Positions 23,113-32,395 of a DNA stretch of 40,152 nt are shown here, one piece after another. Position 1 is the stretch's first letter, and every line of letters starts with the position of its first letter. The notes beneath the pieces were generated by a model, which ran no database searches, was not told the origin of the DNA, and saw only the letters and a list, made by a program, of their open reading frames with translations. Origin of the DNA: an uncultured candidatus Brocadiaceae bacterium (GTDB taxonomy: Bacteria > Planctomycetota > Brocadiia > Brocadiales > Brocadiaceae). The stretch lies in assembly GCA_964355695.1 (NCBI GenBank), contig CAYHFB010000001.1, positions 1 to 40,152 of the forward strand. Direction: 5' to 3'. The translations under genes were made by a program, and so were the position numbers.

Positions 23113-23919
23113 TTATACTTTCGGGAATGATACCATTGTTTCTGAAGAAATCACGAATAACTCTATTTTGGAAGTGCTATTATTTTCAAGCTCTATGGTG
23201 CAAAAGTGGCCCGCCAGCCCTTGGCTCTCTGCCGTTGTGTTTTTCATAAACAGCATAAAATCAGTTTGATTTGTTGGTACACTTCCTCCTGTAACAGTCG
23301 TATTAACCTCTATATAATTATCTCCGTTTGGGTAATCCTGAACCACATTTGTAATTAATCCGCATAACACAGGTGTTGTATAAGGTGGAACGGCAAAGTA
23401 CAAGTAATCTCCAACGCTTATAATAGAACCAATTGAAATTAGCGGACTGATAGAAAACTCGATATGTGTTGCTGCCGCTGCACCTGTAACTGCCAAACTC
23501 CTTCCTATTCCACTCAAACTTCTCAACGCATACTCGTCAGGTGAAGCAGGCACAACGGATCTATTTCTTATAAATGCAAAGTAACTCGCTTCTTTTAAAG
23601 CAAACCAAGCACTCTCTATAAAAAACCCTTCCTGTAAATCCGTGTATAAATCGGTTACATCCCATGGGCTATCTCCTATCAAAACAATCGTTTTGAAAAG
23701 TTTGCTGTCCAAAGGGTTTTCATTGAATACTGTCTTTATAGTACTTGGATATTGAACTCCGTAATATTTGTTTCGGGTCTCATTCGTGTTGTGCCTGTAA
23801 AGGTTTCCTCCTTTGAAGGTATAAAAATAGTTATTCATGCCAATCATCATATCGGGTTGATATGAGTAGAAAGAAGGCCATCCTTGTATTGGCGGTGAAA
23901 AAGTTAGTGTCGCTTCCAT
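23113..23919 (-). CDS. hypothetical virion/tail structural protein
   Basis: 268-aa ORF in the tail module. It is beta-rich (GWPSFYSYQPDMMIGMNNYFYTFKGGNLYRHN...). I recognise no catalytic motif. Confidence 0.65.
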   Translation of the reverse strand: MEATLTFSPPIQGWPSFYSYQPDMMIGMNNYFYTFKGGNLYRHNTNETRNKYYGVQYPSTIKTVFNENPLDSKLFKTIVLIGDSPWDVTDLYTDLQEGFFIESAWFALKEASYFAFIRNRSVVPASPDEYALRSLSGIGRSLAVTGAAAATHIEFSISPLISIGSIISVGDYLYFAVPPYTTPVLCGLITNVVQDYPNGDNYIEVNTTVTGGSVPTNQTDFMLFMKNTTAESQGLAGHFCTIELENNSTSKIELFVISSETMVSFPKV

Positions 23920-23930
23920 TTATTTATCTA

Positions 23931-24860
23931 TTAACAAGTTCCGAATTCTACAATTATTCCGTTTGCTACTCTATACCAATTATACGGATTAGGCAAAACG
24001 GTAGAACAAAAATAAAACCCATCTGGCAAAATATTTTGTCCGTTTACGTCTGAAAAAACCCAATCATATAATCCTAAATCACCACCGGGAGTTCCGTTTA
24101 CGTTTGCAACATAATACGTTGTCATCCCAACCACCATTCCGCATGCACCTGCTTCGTCCGCATATCGTATGCTGCTATCAAAACTTGTCAGCGCAGCAGG
24201 ACAATAAACTTCTACTCCAAATTCAGGAGAAGGGCAAGCGCAAATAACACTTATATTCACCACAGATGGTGAAATTACAGTTTTCGGTATTACCATAACA
24301 CAGTTTCCTGGGTCTGCTATAGTTAGATTAAGTTGCGATGCTCCTATCGTGATTAAATCCGTATCCCCTGTTACCAAGTCAAAGTTAGTTCCATTATACC
24401 GATATACTTGTAAAGTGTAAGGGCTGTCCGCTACCAATCCGCAGTCCAAATAATAATCTCCTATATAATTAGCAAGCCCTGATGGTGCGGCCAAATAACC
24501 ATATACAGGTGAACTTACCTTGTTGTAAGCAACGCTGTTAAATTCTGCTACTACTCCTATTGGGTTTGTAAACGCATCAAACTTTAATATTACCGCTCCC
24601 GTTCCCGTTCCTAAATCAATACTTATTTTAAAAATACCTTCGTCATATCCAAGGTGTGTTATGGGTACTCCGCATAGGTATCCGCAATTTGCACACGAAG
24701 CGGCTGGTTGCAATACACCGTTTAATAATTGCCTTACAACACTATCGGCCTGATAATATCCATCTACAGAAACTTGTGTCAAGGCGGCATCCATATAAAT
24801 TGCCGTTGCTGAATCTAAATCAACCGAATTAAGATAATATGTATATGTTTTTGCTGCCAT
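23931..24860 (-). CDS. Cys-rich hypothetical structural protein; receptor-binding or tail accessory candidate
   Basis: 309 aa with 11 Cys. The N-terminal and C-terminal ~50 aa follow a similar pattern, ...Y.D..L....DG(Y/F)Y............NG.......C. It sits 4 nt downstream of the 1,586-aa gene. Confidence 0.65.
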   Translation of the reverse strand: MAAKTYTYYLNSVDLDSATAIYMDAALTQVSVDGYYQADSVVRQLLNGVLQPAASCANCGYLCGVPITHLGYDEGIFKISIDLGTGTGAVILKFDAFTNPIGVVAEFNSVAYNKVSSPVYGYLAAPSGLANYIGDYYLDCGLVADSPYTLQVYRYNGTNFDLVTGDTDLITIGASQLNLTIADPGNCVMVIPKTVISPSVVNISVICACPSPEFGVEVYCPAALTSFDSSIRYADEAGACGMVVGMTTYYVANVNGTPGGDLGLYDWVFSDVNGQNILPDGFYFCSTVLPNPYNWYRVANGIIVEFGTC

Positions 24861-24864
24861 TTTC

Positions 24865-27800
24865 TTACGGACACCCGTTTACGTCAAATCTCATAGTTAC
24901 AATACCGCTATTTATGATTGGTATTACCGAAACACAGAAAAAATAAACTCCCGGTGTAAATGTGTTTAATATCGGACTACCACCGCAAGGCGTGTAATCT
25001 ATCTCTGCGGTTTCTGTTATTACTATTTCAAAATACCAACATTCACCAACAAAATTATCACAACCACAGGCACTTATTGTCTGAATAGTACCACCTCCTG
25101 TCTCAAAGAATGGAATATAATCACTATCAGAACACAAGAAGTATCCCTGATATGCCGCTACTGTTAAACTTAATATTTCTCCTGTATAGCAGTCTTTATA
25201 ACTTACTGTTCCTGCGCCACTTGATATAAAATACTCATTACATTCTGTCAAACATGCTTCACACTCACAACAAGCCTCTACAGAAGATACAGAATAACAG
25301 AGTGGTACACCAAGCGAAGTTCTGTAATCCCAAATAAGATACATATAACTTCCTCCTCCCGGCATGGTGAATTCAGCATAATTATTTGTTCCGCCCCCTT
25401 GATTCGGAGTGGCTACATTTGCAACTGCCAATAACGCTGCAATATCAGTTGGGGTATTTGCATAAAGCGTATTTGACCTTAAATATAGGAATCTGTCTTT
25501 TGATGTGTCGAAATTATAGGTATCAAAATCAAAGTTATTGCAAATCATTCTTACGATTGAACCTACCGTTGGAACATTTCCTGTACCGACATATCCATTT
25601 GTTTGGGTATATTGAGAAACCAATGGATTGTCTGTGCCTGACGCAAAAGCAACCAAGGTTGAAGTTGTAGGCGAAATATATGTTCCATCAATATAATTGT
25701 ATTGATTGTGAACAAAATCCCCTGCGTCTGAATCGTTGGTAACGCCAACTTGTATCATCATTAATTCTACCTGAACAGGACAACCTGCCGTTACCTCCAA
25801 GCGAATATCACCTGTAGAAATTATAGTTATTGTAAGCGTTTCTACAAACTGCAAATCTTTATTAATAATTACTAACCCGTCATCTGAAACCGAACCTGAT
25901 GATGTGTCCGTTCCGTTATACGATACTATTACTTCAAAAGGAGTTCCCGTTGGTGTAACTATCCATGAAATTACTGTTTCACCAACTGCCTGTCCTACAT
26001 CAACACAATAGTCTATATCTTCATATCCATACACATTGAATGTTTGTGACATTCCGCAAGCGATACATTGCTCTTCTACAGGAAGTGAAATGTCATTTGT
26101 TGTCAGAACATACTCATTCATGTAAGGGTCGTATCCTCCTAATTTCTGTGTATTGAAATCGGTTATGAACATATCTCTGAACCATGTTCTCATTCCAAAC
26201 TCTGAAATAACTGTTAAGGCTTCGTTGTAAGAACTTCCTCTTAATTGGAGAACTGCACCTCTTTTTGCGTCTGTAAAAAAGGTATCATATCCCCAAACTG
26301 TATAACTTTCAGGGCTTGAACTTATGCCAAATTTTTCTATTCGTGCTATTTGTGTTCCGAGAATTTCGGGAATAGATGTAATTGCCCCGCCTGCCGCTGC
26401 ATCACTTAATAGGTTTTTCCCTGCTAATACATACGATACTTTGTCTTCCTGTAATACTCGAATATCTGTTTCTCTGCCGTCAATAATTTGTATAGGGCCA
26501 AATGAACTTTCTAATGGCTTGTAGTTGACCAAACCAAGATTAAATTCATTTAGCTTGTTTATATTCGATTCATCGTTGTAAACTCCGCTATATGTTAAAT
26601 CTGCAAATCTGTTCGCTTCTTTATAGTCTTGTGCCGAAACCGATGTTACCCTGTTTCCAAAGTTGAATGTTTGTCCTGATACAGAATCACGTATCTTGTA
26701 GCTTTCCGCTCCGTTGCCAAAACAAAAACAGTTATAAAACCCTGTATCTATTATTGCAGGAGTGGAAGTGTAAAAACTTTGGTCTTGAACATTCCCTTGA
26801 TGGTCTCCGTCAATTATCGCAAAAGATAAATCGTTTTCAAAGAATACGTCAGGTAAGGCGTTTGAAGGTTCGGTTTCAAAGATTAACATGTTCTCAGCTC
26901 GGAAAACTTCAATATTTACCCATATTCTTGATGCCTTGTTTACCGTATTTCCGCACGACCTTACACCATTAACGGCTAAATATATTTGACCTGATGGCAC
27001 ATATTCCTGAAACTGAAAATGCCCATCTAAGTTACAGTCCAATAAGTTTGTATAAGGATATAGTCCCGGAATAAAATAATTGATAACATTTCCTGTCCCT
27101 GTATTTAGAGTTGATGCAATATTTTCTCCATCCCACCACTCCATAAAACCATCATAAGTTTGAGGCGATACAAATACTCTGTCGTAGGTATATTTTCTTT
27201 CTTCGCAAGCCGACCCAATACTTGTACCGTTACGCTCAAATCTAAAAAACAAATGTATTTTGCTGCCTGCTGGAATATTATAGTCATATACCCCAGGCGA
27301 TGTTTCTATATTTACAGGATAGTAAACAACAGGACATTGATTCTCATTCCGCTGTGACTCATACCTCTGCCCCGGTGCTATGACATCGGTATCTGTATTT
27401 ACAGCAGCAAAACTGTTCGGGTTGATTTTCATATAAACGCCAGCAGGAACGGTAAAGTTTCCATCAGGATTTATGAAACCAGATTTTTTAACTTCCTTTT
27501 CCAACACCGTTGCATAGGCGCAATTCTGTACTGGGCCTGATGAATCTGCCTTAACTATCAACCTATCTCCTACTTCTACCTTTTGAGCGTTTTCTCCTTC
27601 CAATAAAAAGTAAACAGAATTTGTATCAGGGTCATCAAAATAAATGCTCGTATAAACGGTTTCATAGTTTTCTTGGTCAGCTTTTATTACAAATTTATAT
27701 CGTGTAGCCCAAGCAGGCGCAATGTTATCATACGGAATAGTAACCTGAATAGAATTCTTCAAAGCAGAGTTTCCACATGGAACATGTACGTTGTTACTTG

Positions 27801-29625
27801 TACTTACCAAAGCCGTTGTTGAACGATTAAATTCGTCCATATAAACTATCCCTACTTCGTACCCTCTGTTAGAGTGCAAGCTTCTCGGATTGGCTATTTC
27901 CTGATAAATCGCTTGTGCTGTTGATACCTTGTAAAACTCATAAACATTTTGTGTCGGGGCAGTTATACTGTTCACATAACGCATCGCCACGAATTGAATT
28001 TTCATGGTATTGCCCGATACCGTTACGGCTATTGGTTGTCCGTCTGCCGAAATTCCACTTGCAAACTTTAAATATACACCTACGGTTGATGGAAGGTAAC
28101 AGTTTATATAGTCCGTCCATGTTGCTCCATTGCAATAATCCGCAGGGTCAGTTTGAATATTTGTTGCTATACCGACTCTTTCTTGAAATTCTACACTTGC
28201 TACCATTTGTGCAAGCGAAGTATATTCGTTAATCAGAAAAAACGACAACGAAACAGTTATGCTCGCATCAACGTCGGTTACAGGAGACATAGACGGATTA
28301 TAGGAAAATTGCTGATGTTCTATTGTAATATCTATACTTACAGAACCACCTGCCGGTAATGGAAACGTTAATCCACTAAAATCAATATTTAAAACACTAT
28401 TTGGTACAGTTTCTGCTCCGTTTATATTGTAATTCCCTGTTGATGTTGTATCGGCCAATATTGATTCGCCAATTTCATCTTCTACCAAGTCCGCTGCATA
28501 ACCTAACTTTACAGGCTGACCATACGAATCAATCATATTGTACCCTTCAATGTAATTTCCGTACACTAACCGATTGCCCATAATGGTTTGAGCTTTGGCA
28601 AATCTTGGCACATTATCGTACAGCCTTAGAATTTCATATTCAGGAAGAACGGTAAAAATCTTGCTGTTGTTGAACATATAGACTATATCTGTATTGTCCG
28701 AATAGGCTTGCTCTATTTTATTGAGTTTCTCAATTACTTTAATTGTCGCAGTTCCAGCTTCTTTGAATAACAGGTCAATGGCTTTTACCAATGCTCCGCC
28801 TGTGTTGAATGTTATTTGAACCGTATTATGGCCGTTTGTCATTCCCTCATTAAGGTAACTATCTACACTAAAGTTAAAAGGATTGGGGGTAAATGCAGGC
28901 TCACTCCATTGTGAGGTAGCAGAATACTCGTTGTCTTCGTATCTATATCTGTATGCAAAACAAATAAACCGTGTATCTATGAAATTTTCTTGCCCTCCTG
29001 TTAAAAACGTGTTAATAACTGGCGATTCAGTTGGCGGCTTTTTTATTACAAGAATAGCTTCTTCCAACAAAGAATCATCTATATTCCCTACAGGATTTTC
29101 ATAGTTTCTGGTTTTATTGAAAAATCTCGGAGCATTGTATTTATCGGTAAAATATACCAATCCGCTTTGTCCTGCCGGAGAGGTTTGTATCACCAAATCA
29201 ATGCCTATAATTAGATACTGTGGATTGAAATTTAAGGTTGTGTTTATTCCATCCCCGTCGTCAATACTTATAATATGATAGGTAAGAATATTTGTAAAGA
29301 CATTATAGGAAACTATCATATCAAGTTTACCTGTTGCCCCTACCGAAAAGTTGGGGTCATGGACAAACCAATAAAGCGTTTCGTTTACTGAATCGGCAAA
29401 TTTTCCTATTGTTCTTGCCTGGTCGCTTAAAGGTGTGCCGTCAATATATCGTAATGTAGTAAGCTGTTCGTTGCCTTTGGAATTACTTATTACTCCTACC
29501 TCTGCGTCTTCTGTGCTTCCAAGCCGGATATTTAAGGCATCAATGTATGTTCCTTGGGGAATTAGCCTTTCATCGGTCGTTTTCTCCATTCGCCCTTTAA
29601 TGAAATTACGTGTTATTTTCCCCAT
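24865..29625 (-). CDS. Large tail structural protein (1,586 aa), in the nozzle or tail tubular protein B-like position, with a Cys-rich C-terminal module
   Basis: It directly follows the adaptor-like gene. The N-terminus, MGKITRNFIKGRMEKTTDERLIPQGTYIDALNIRLGSTEDAEVGVISNSKGNE, resembles the N-terminal pattern of T7 gp12-type proteins, though only loosely. The last 144 aa contain 14 Cys, including CCECEACLTEC. Confidence 0.7.
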   Translation of the reverse strand: MGKITRNFIKGRMEKTTDERLIPQGTYIDALNIRLGSTEDAEVGVISNSKGNEQLTTLRYIDGTPLSDQARTIGKFADSVNETLYWFVHDPNFSVGATGKLDMIVSYNVFTNILTYHIISIDDGDGINTTLNFNPQYLIIGIDLVIQTSPAGQSGLVYFTDKYNAPRFFNKTRNYENPVGNIDDSLLEEAILVIKKPPTESPVINTFLTGGQENFIDTRFICFAYRYRYEDNEYSATSQWSEPAFTPNPFNFSVDSYLNEGMTNGHNTVQITFNTGGALVKAIDLLFKEAGTATIKVIEKLNKIEQAYSDNTDIVYMFNNSKIFTVLPEYEILRLYDNVPRFAKAQTIMGNRLVYGNYIEGYNMIDSYGQPVKLGYAADLVEDEIGESILADTTSTGNYNINGAETVPNSVLNIDFSGLTFPLPAGGSVSIDITIEHQQFSYNPSMSPVTDVDASITVSLSFFLINEYTSLAQMVASVEFQERVGIATNIQTDPADYCNGATWTDYINCYLPSTVGVYLKFASGISADGQPIAVTVSGNTMKIQFVAMRYVNSITAPTQNVYEFYKVSTAQAIYQEIANPRSLHSNRGYEVGIVYMDEFNRSTTALVSTSNNVHVPCGNSALKNSIQVTIPYDNIAPAWATRYKFVIKADQENYETVYTSIYFDDPDTNSVYFLLEGENAQKVEVGDRLIVKADSSGPVQNCAYATVLEKEVKKSGFINPDGNFTVPAGVYMKINPNSFAAVNTDTDVIAPGQRYESQRNENQCPVVYYPVNIETSPGVYDYNIPAGSKIHLFFRFERNGTSIGSACEERKYTYDRVFVSPQTYDGFMEWWDGENIASTLNTGTGNVINYFIPGLYPYTNLLDCNLDGHFQFQEYVPSGQIYLAVNGVRSCGNTVNKASRIWVNIEVFRAENMLIFETEPSNALPDVFFENDLSFAIIDGDHQGNVQDQSFYTSTPAIIDTGFYNCFCFGNGAESYKIRDSVSGQTFNFGNRVTSVSAQDYKEANRFADLTYSGVYNDESNINKLNEFNLGLVNYKPLESSFGPIQIIDGRETDIRVLQEDKVSYVLAGKNLLSDAAAGGAITSIPEILGTQIARIEKFGISSSPESYTVWGYDTFFTDAKRGAVLQLRGSSYNEALTVISEFGMRTWFRDMFITDFNTQKLGGYDPYMNEYVLTTNDISLPVEEQCIACGMSQTFNVYGYEDIDYCVDVGQAVGETVISWIVTPTGTPFEVIVSYNGTDTSSGSVSDDGLVIINKDLQFVETLTITIISTGDIRLEVTAGCPVQVELMMIQVGVTNDSDAGDFVHNQYNYIDGTYISPTTSTLVAFASGTDNPLVSQYTQTNGYVGTGNVPTVGSIVRMICNNFDFDTYNFDTSKDRFLYLRSNTLYANTPTDIAALLAVANVATPNQGGGTNNYAEFTMPGGGSYMYLIWDYRTSLGVPLCYSVSSVEACCECEACLTECNEYFISSGAGTVSYKDCYTGEILSLTVAAYQGYFLCSDSDYIPFFETGGGTIQTISACGCDNFVGECWYFEIVITETAEIDYTPCGGSPILNTFTPGVYFFCVSVIPIINSGIVTMRFDVNGCP

Positions 29626-30531
29626 TTATTTAATCCATTTCGAGTCGCCTCGCATCGCCATTAGTAATTTACCTGGACTGAAATTCCCGATTCTGATTCT
29701 TGCATTACGCAAAAGAGCGGACTTTTCTTTTCTTGCTCTGTTTATAATATATTCTTGAACACCCAATTTTTTATCAAGTATTTCATAATTAATATACGCA
29801 TAAATGTATTTTTCAAACATCTTGTTTATGCTAATATCTGTGTCTATACCATTTTCCATTCCGTCCGATATATATTCAAGAATAACCGATTCGCCTTCCA
29901 TGTCAGATGAAAAGTTTATCACACCACTTTTATTGTCAATTCGAAATGTAGGATTAAAGTTTGCGGTTTCCGTGTTCAACCCAAATCGTGTTCCTATGTT
30001 TGCTACAAAATACCAACTCCCATCCACGTACCAACCCCAGCTACCATCCAAAGGACTACCCGGATTAAGGTAAATAGATTTTTGAACTCCATCAAGTCTG
30101 TCCTGATTTAAACGCGAAGGGTCAACGTAGATGACATCTTCATTTATATCGAACAAAATTGTTCCGGCTGTATTTTGGGAATACTGAATTGTGGAATTAA
30201 CTTGGATGTTCTCCGTCAACGGGCGTATCCATCCGTCTTTGTAAAGGCTAATCTTGCACCAGTTTACATAATCGCTTGGCAAGATAAACCGTAAATTTTC
30301 ATCTACATTTAGCTGCAAGGCTTTAATTTCCTTAAAGGCGTCTATGTTTAGTTCTTTAATTGCCTGCTTTGCATGGAAGATTATCTTAAACCTTTCTTCG
30401 TTGTTTACTAATGAGTGGTTTCCGCTAAACATCAATTGGAAATTTTTTACAATGTCCTCTAAGGAAACATACTGATAACTCCCGTAGTTCGCAGGGTCAT
30501 TATAATAGGCGTATTGAGAAATGTAACCCAT
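29626..30531 (-). CDS. Tail adaptor candidate (tail tubular protein A, T7 gp11-like)
   Basis: 301 aa, immediately upstream of the nozzle-like gene. Its layout is gp11-like: a central ...NLRFILPSDYVNWCKISL... and a C-terminal helical segment FEKYIYAYINYEILDKKLGVQEYIINRARKEKSALLRNAR. The call rests on pattern and synteny only. Confidence 0.55.
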   Translation of the reverse strand: MGYISQYAYYNDPANYGSYQYVSLEDIVKNFQLMFSGNHSLVNNEERFKIIFHAKQAIKELNIDAFKEIKALQLNVDENLRFILPSDYVNWCKISLYKDGWIRPLTENIQVNSTIQYSQNTAGTILFDINEDVIYVDPSRLNQDRLDGVQKSIYLNPGSPLDGSWGWYVDGSWYFVANIGTRFGLNTETANFNPTFRIDNKSGVINFSSDMEGESVILEYISDGMENGIDTDISINKMFEKYIYAYINYEILDKKLGVQEYIINRARKEKSALLRNARIRIGNFSPGKLLMAMRGDSKWIK

Positions 30532-30533
30532 AG

Positions 30534-31472
30534 TTATTGTTGTTTATCTTTTTGTTCTTCTAAGTTGGCGAATTGTACCACTTCTGATTCCCTGATTGAG
30601 ATTCCGCAGTATCCCAATATCTTGGAAACTAACAACGGTTCGTACTCCGCAGGTAATTCAAAATCCTGATAGTCCGCAGCACTTTGGTCGAAAATCGGTT
30701 CTCCTCCACTTAAAGTAACATACGTCCATTTCGGGGCTAACGGATACCTGAAATATTGTGCCTGAACTTTTCCTATGCTATTTATTGTTGAAGGGTAAAC
30801 GGTACACAAATTTCCCGACAAGGTATAAGCAGGGAATGTATTATTTGGTGTTGTTAGTAACGATGTGTTAAGCATTGTTATTTTACCGTGTGTTACCTTT
30901 TCGGCTTCTTTTACTTGCGATGCTGAAACAATAACATAATCGTCAGGGGCATAGGTAAATATATTGTCTGTCAGAGAAATAGCCGTAGCACTTAATACCG
31001 AAACCACTCTCGCAACTTCATTTGTAGATGTATTAATTACTATGTCGTTTGCTGATATTACGTCTGATGTAAACGTGGCCACTGAATCTACCAACCGATT
31101 TACGACAATTGATGAAGTGTCGCCTGATGCTAATGTCGTGGTATAGCACAGTATCTTTCCTATCATAAAATACGTATCTCCCGTTGTTGATAAACTTGGG
31201 AGGTAAAACATGTTGTCGGAAGAGTGTGTTAGAAAATTGGTAACGGAAAATACCTCTATTGCTTCTGCTATGTCCTTGGATAAATCGGCATAATCTGTTC
31301 CGCTTCTTCGTGCATTTTCAAGGAATATTTGCTGATTGTATTTAGAAAAAAAGTTCTCAAATATTTCTAATTGACTTTGGAGAGCAAACTGATTAAAGTC
31401 GCTCGGAGTAATTACGCCATAGTTATTTTTATTCAAAATTGCGAGTACAGTTTGTCGGCAAGAATTTATCAT
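30534..31472 (-). CDS. Virion protein that shares a ~58-aa module with the fibre-operon protein at 3155..3625
   Basis: 312-aa ORF. Residues 125-182 are NRLVDSVATFTSDVISANDIVINTSTNEVARVVSVLSATAISLTDNIFTYAPDDYVIV. Confidence 0.65.
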   Translation of the reverse strand: MINSCRQTVLAILNKNNYGVITPSDFNQFALQSQLEIFENFFSKYNQQIFLENARRSGTDYADLSKDIAEAIEVFSVTNFLTHSSDNMFYLPSLSTTGDTYFMIGKILCYTTTLASGDTSSIVVNRLVDSVATFTSDVISANDIVINTSTNEVARVVSVLSATAISLTDNIFTYAPDDYVIVSASQVKEAEKVTHGKITMLNTSLLTTPNNTFPAYTLSGNLCTVYPSTINSIGKVQAQYFRYPLAPKWTYVTLSGGEPIFDQSAADYQDFELPAEYEPLLVSKILGYCGISIRESEVVQFANLEEQKDKQQ

Positions 31473-31486
31473 ACCTTATTTTTGTT

Positions 31487-31494
31487 CAAAATTA
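31487..31494 (-). promoter_or_regulatory. Candidate -7 promoter box (TAATTTTG)
   Basis: The minus strand reads TAATTTTG, with 14 nt between the box and the ATG at 31472. A second copy sits at 31519-31526 within AAAGTAATTTTG. Confidence 0.35.
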
Positions 31495-31565
31495 CAAATA
31501 AATAAATAAAAAAAGCGGCAAAATTACTTTCACCGCCACGTATGGTAAAAAAGAAGACAAAGGTT

Positions 31566-32327
31566 TTAGGTATTTTGCATTTCGTTCTCCAACATTTTAA
31601 GAATATCAATCCCCTCGTCGGTTTGTAAATACGATGCAGTTGCCTGATATGGGTCTTCCCCGAAAGGTACTGCAAGCATTTTTCTCTTATTTGCTGTCAG
31701 ATTAAAATACACGTCTCTGTTTTGGTTTCGTAAGACCAAAAGCCCTCTGTCAAAAAACGCCCTTGTGTTTGCCTGTAAAGCCATTTGCGGGTCGTCTAAC
31801 TGATTAAGAAACTCTTTTGGGTGCTGTCGGGCATAGATTAAAATGTCCCGTTGCATAACAGCGGTTTTCAGACTGCTTGGGTCTCTCCCGAATAATACAC
31901 GGGTGATGTTTTCCATTTGTTCTACGGATAATCCTCTTGCCGCTACCAAGGCATCTACCTCCGCTGTAAGTTTATCTACTTCTACAGAAGCATCCTTTTC
32001 TATATCAACCACCTCAAAACTTACTCCGTTTAAAGGATGGTAGTGTAAGAACTCCTGTAACGCCGGATTATTTCTCGGAACGGTTAAAAAACCTCTCTCA
32101 AAAACAATAGGGGCTAAGTTAAATACTCCTACCTGTTCGTCCACGAATGGGCTTTTTTGGTTAGGGCAATACCGTAATTCTCTGTTTGAATTTTTAGGTT
32201 CATCAAAGTAGAATAAAGGAAAACTCTGGGTATTTCTTGATGGTAAAATAAAGCTAAGTGGAGCGGCTTTGCTCTTTAGCTTATACGTTTTGTCGGCTGA
32301 TGCCTTTTGTTTTGCTTGAAATGCCAT
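31566..32327 (-). CDS. hypothetical head-associated protein (downstream of the capsid gene)
   Basis: I use the ATG at 32325-32327 (MAFQAKQK...). The ORF-track start at 32360 falls inside the terminator hairpin. 253 aa with no recognised motif. Confidence 0.65.
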   Translation of the reverse strand: MAFQAKQKASADKTYKLKSKAAPLSFILPSRNTQSFPLFYFDEPKNSNRELRYCPNQKSPFVDEQVGVFNLAPIVFERGFLTVPRNNPALQEFLHYHPLNGVSFEVVDIEKDASVEVDKLTAEVDALVAARGLSVEQMENITRVLFGRDPSSLKTAVMQRDILIYARQHPKEFLNQLDDPQMALQANTRAFFDRGLLVLRNQNRDVYFNLTANKRKMLAVPFGEDPYQATASYLQTDEGIDILKMLENEMQNT

Positions 32328-32349
32328 TTTATTTAATTTAATTAAAGTT

Positions 32350-32386
32350 GAAAAAAGCACGGGGAATATTGCGTACTCCCCGTGCT
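32350..32386 (-). terminator. Rho-independent terminator just after the major capsid gene
   Basis: The 10-bp perfect stem pairs 32356-32365 with 32377-32386 (core GCACGGGGA / TCCCCGTGC). The loop is 11 nt. On the transcribed strand a T-run follows (RC of AAAAA at 32351-32355). The hairpin starts 10 nt after the capsid stop codon at 32396-32398. Confidence 0.75.
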
Positions 32387-32395
32387 GTAAAGTTA

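Noticed and set aside
25563-28135. Same-strand out-of-frame small ORFs inside the 1,586-aa gene: 25563..25748, 27105..27287 and 27938..28135. Similar ones lie in other genes at 7889..8107, 13865..14059, 14372..14566 and 19813..20049.
   Set aside because: Each is about 60-80 codons and fully nested in a long, well-supported frame. None has an independent start context, and I saw no slippery or frameshift signal.
31508-31536. Possible terminator after the 253-aa gene (GCGG...CCGC hairpin plus a T-run on the minus strand).
   Set aside because: The stem is only 4 bp with a 14-nt loop, too weak to call. The T-run is real, but the hairpin is not convincing. The segment also contains a TAATTTTG copy, so it may belong to a promoter region instead.
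31469-31675. 68-aa minus-strand ORF overlapping the 3' end of the 253-aa gene and the intergenic region.
   Set aside because: It is out of frame with the supported gene, it runs through the promoter-like boxes and the A-run, and its sequence is basic, hydrophobic and junk-like.
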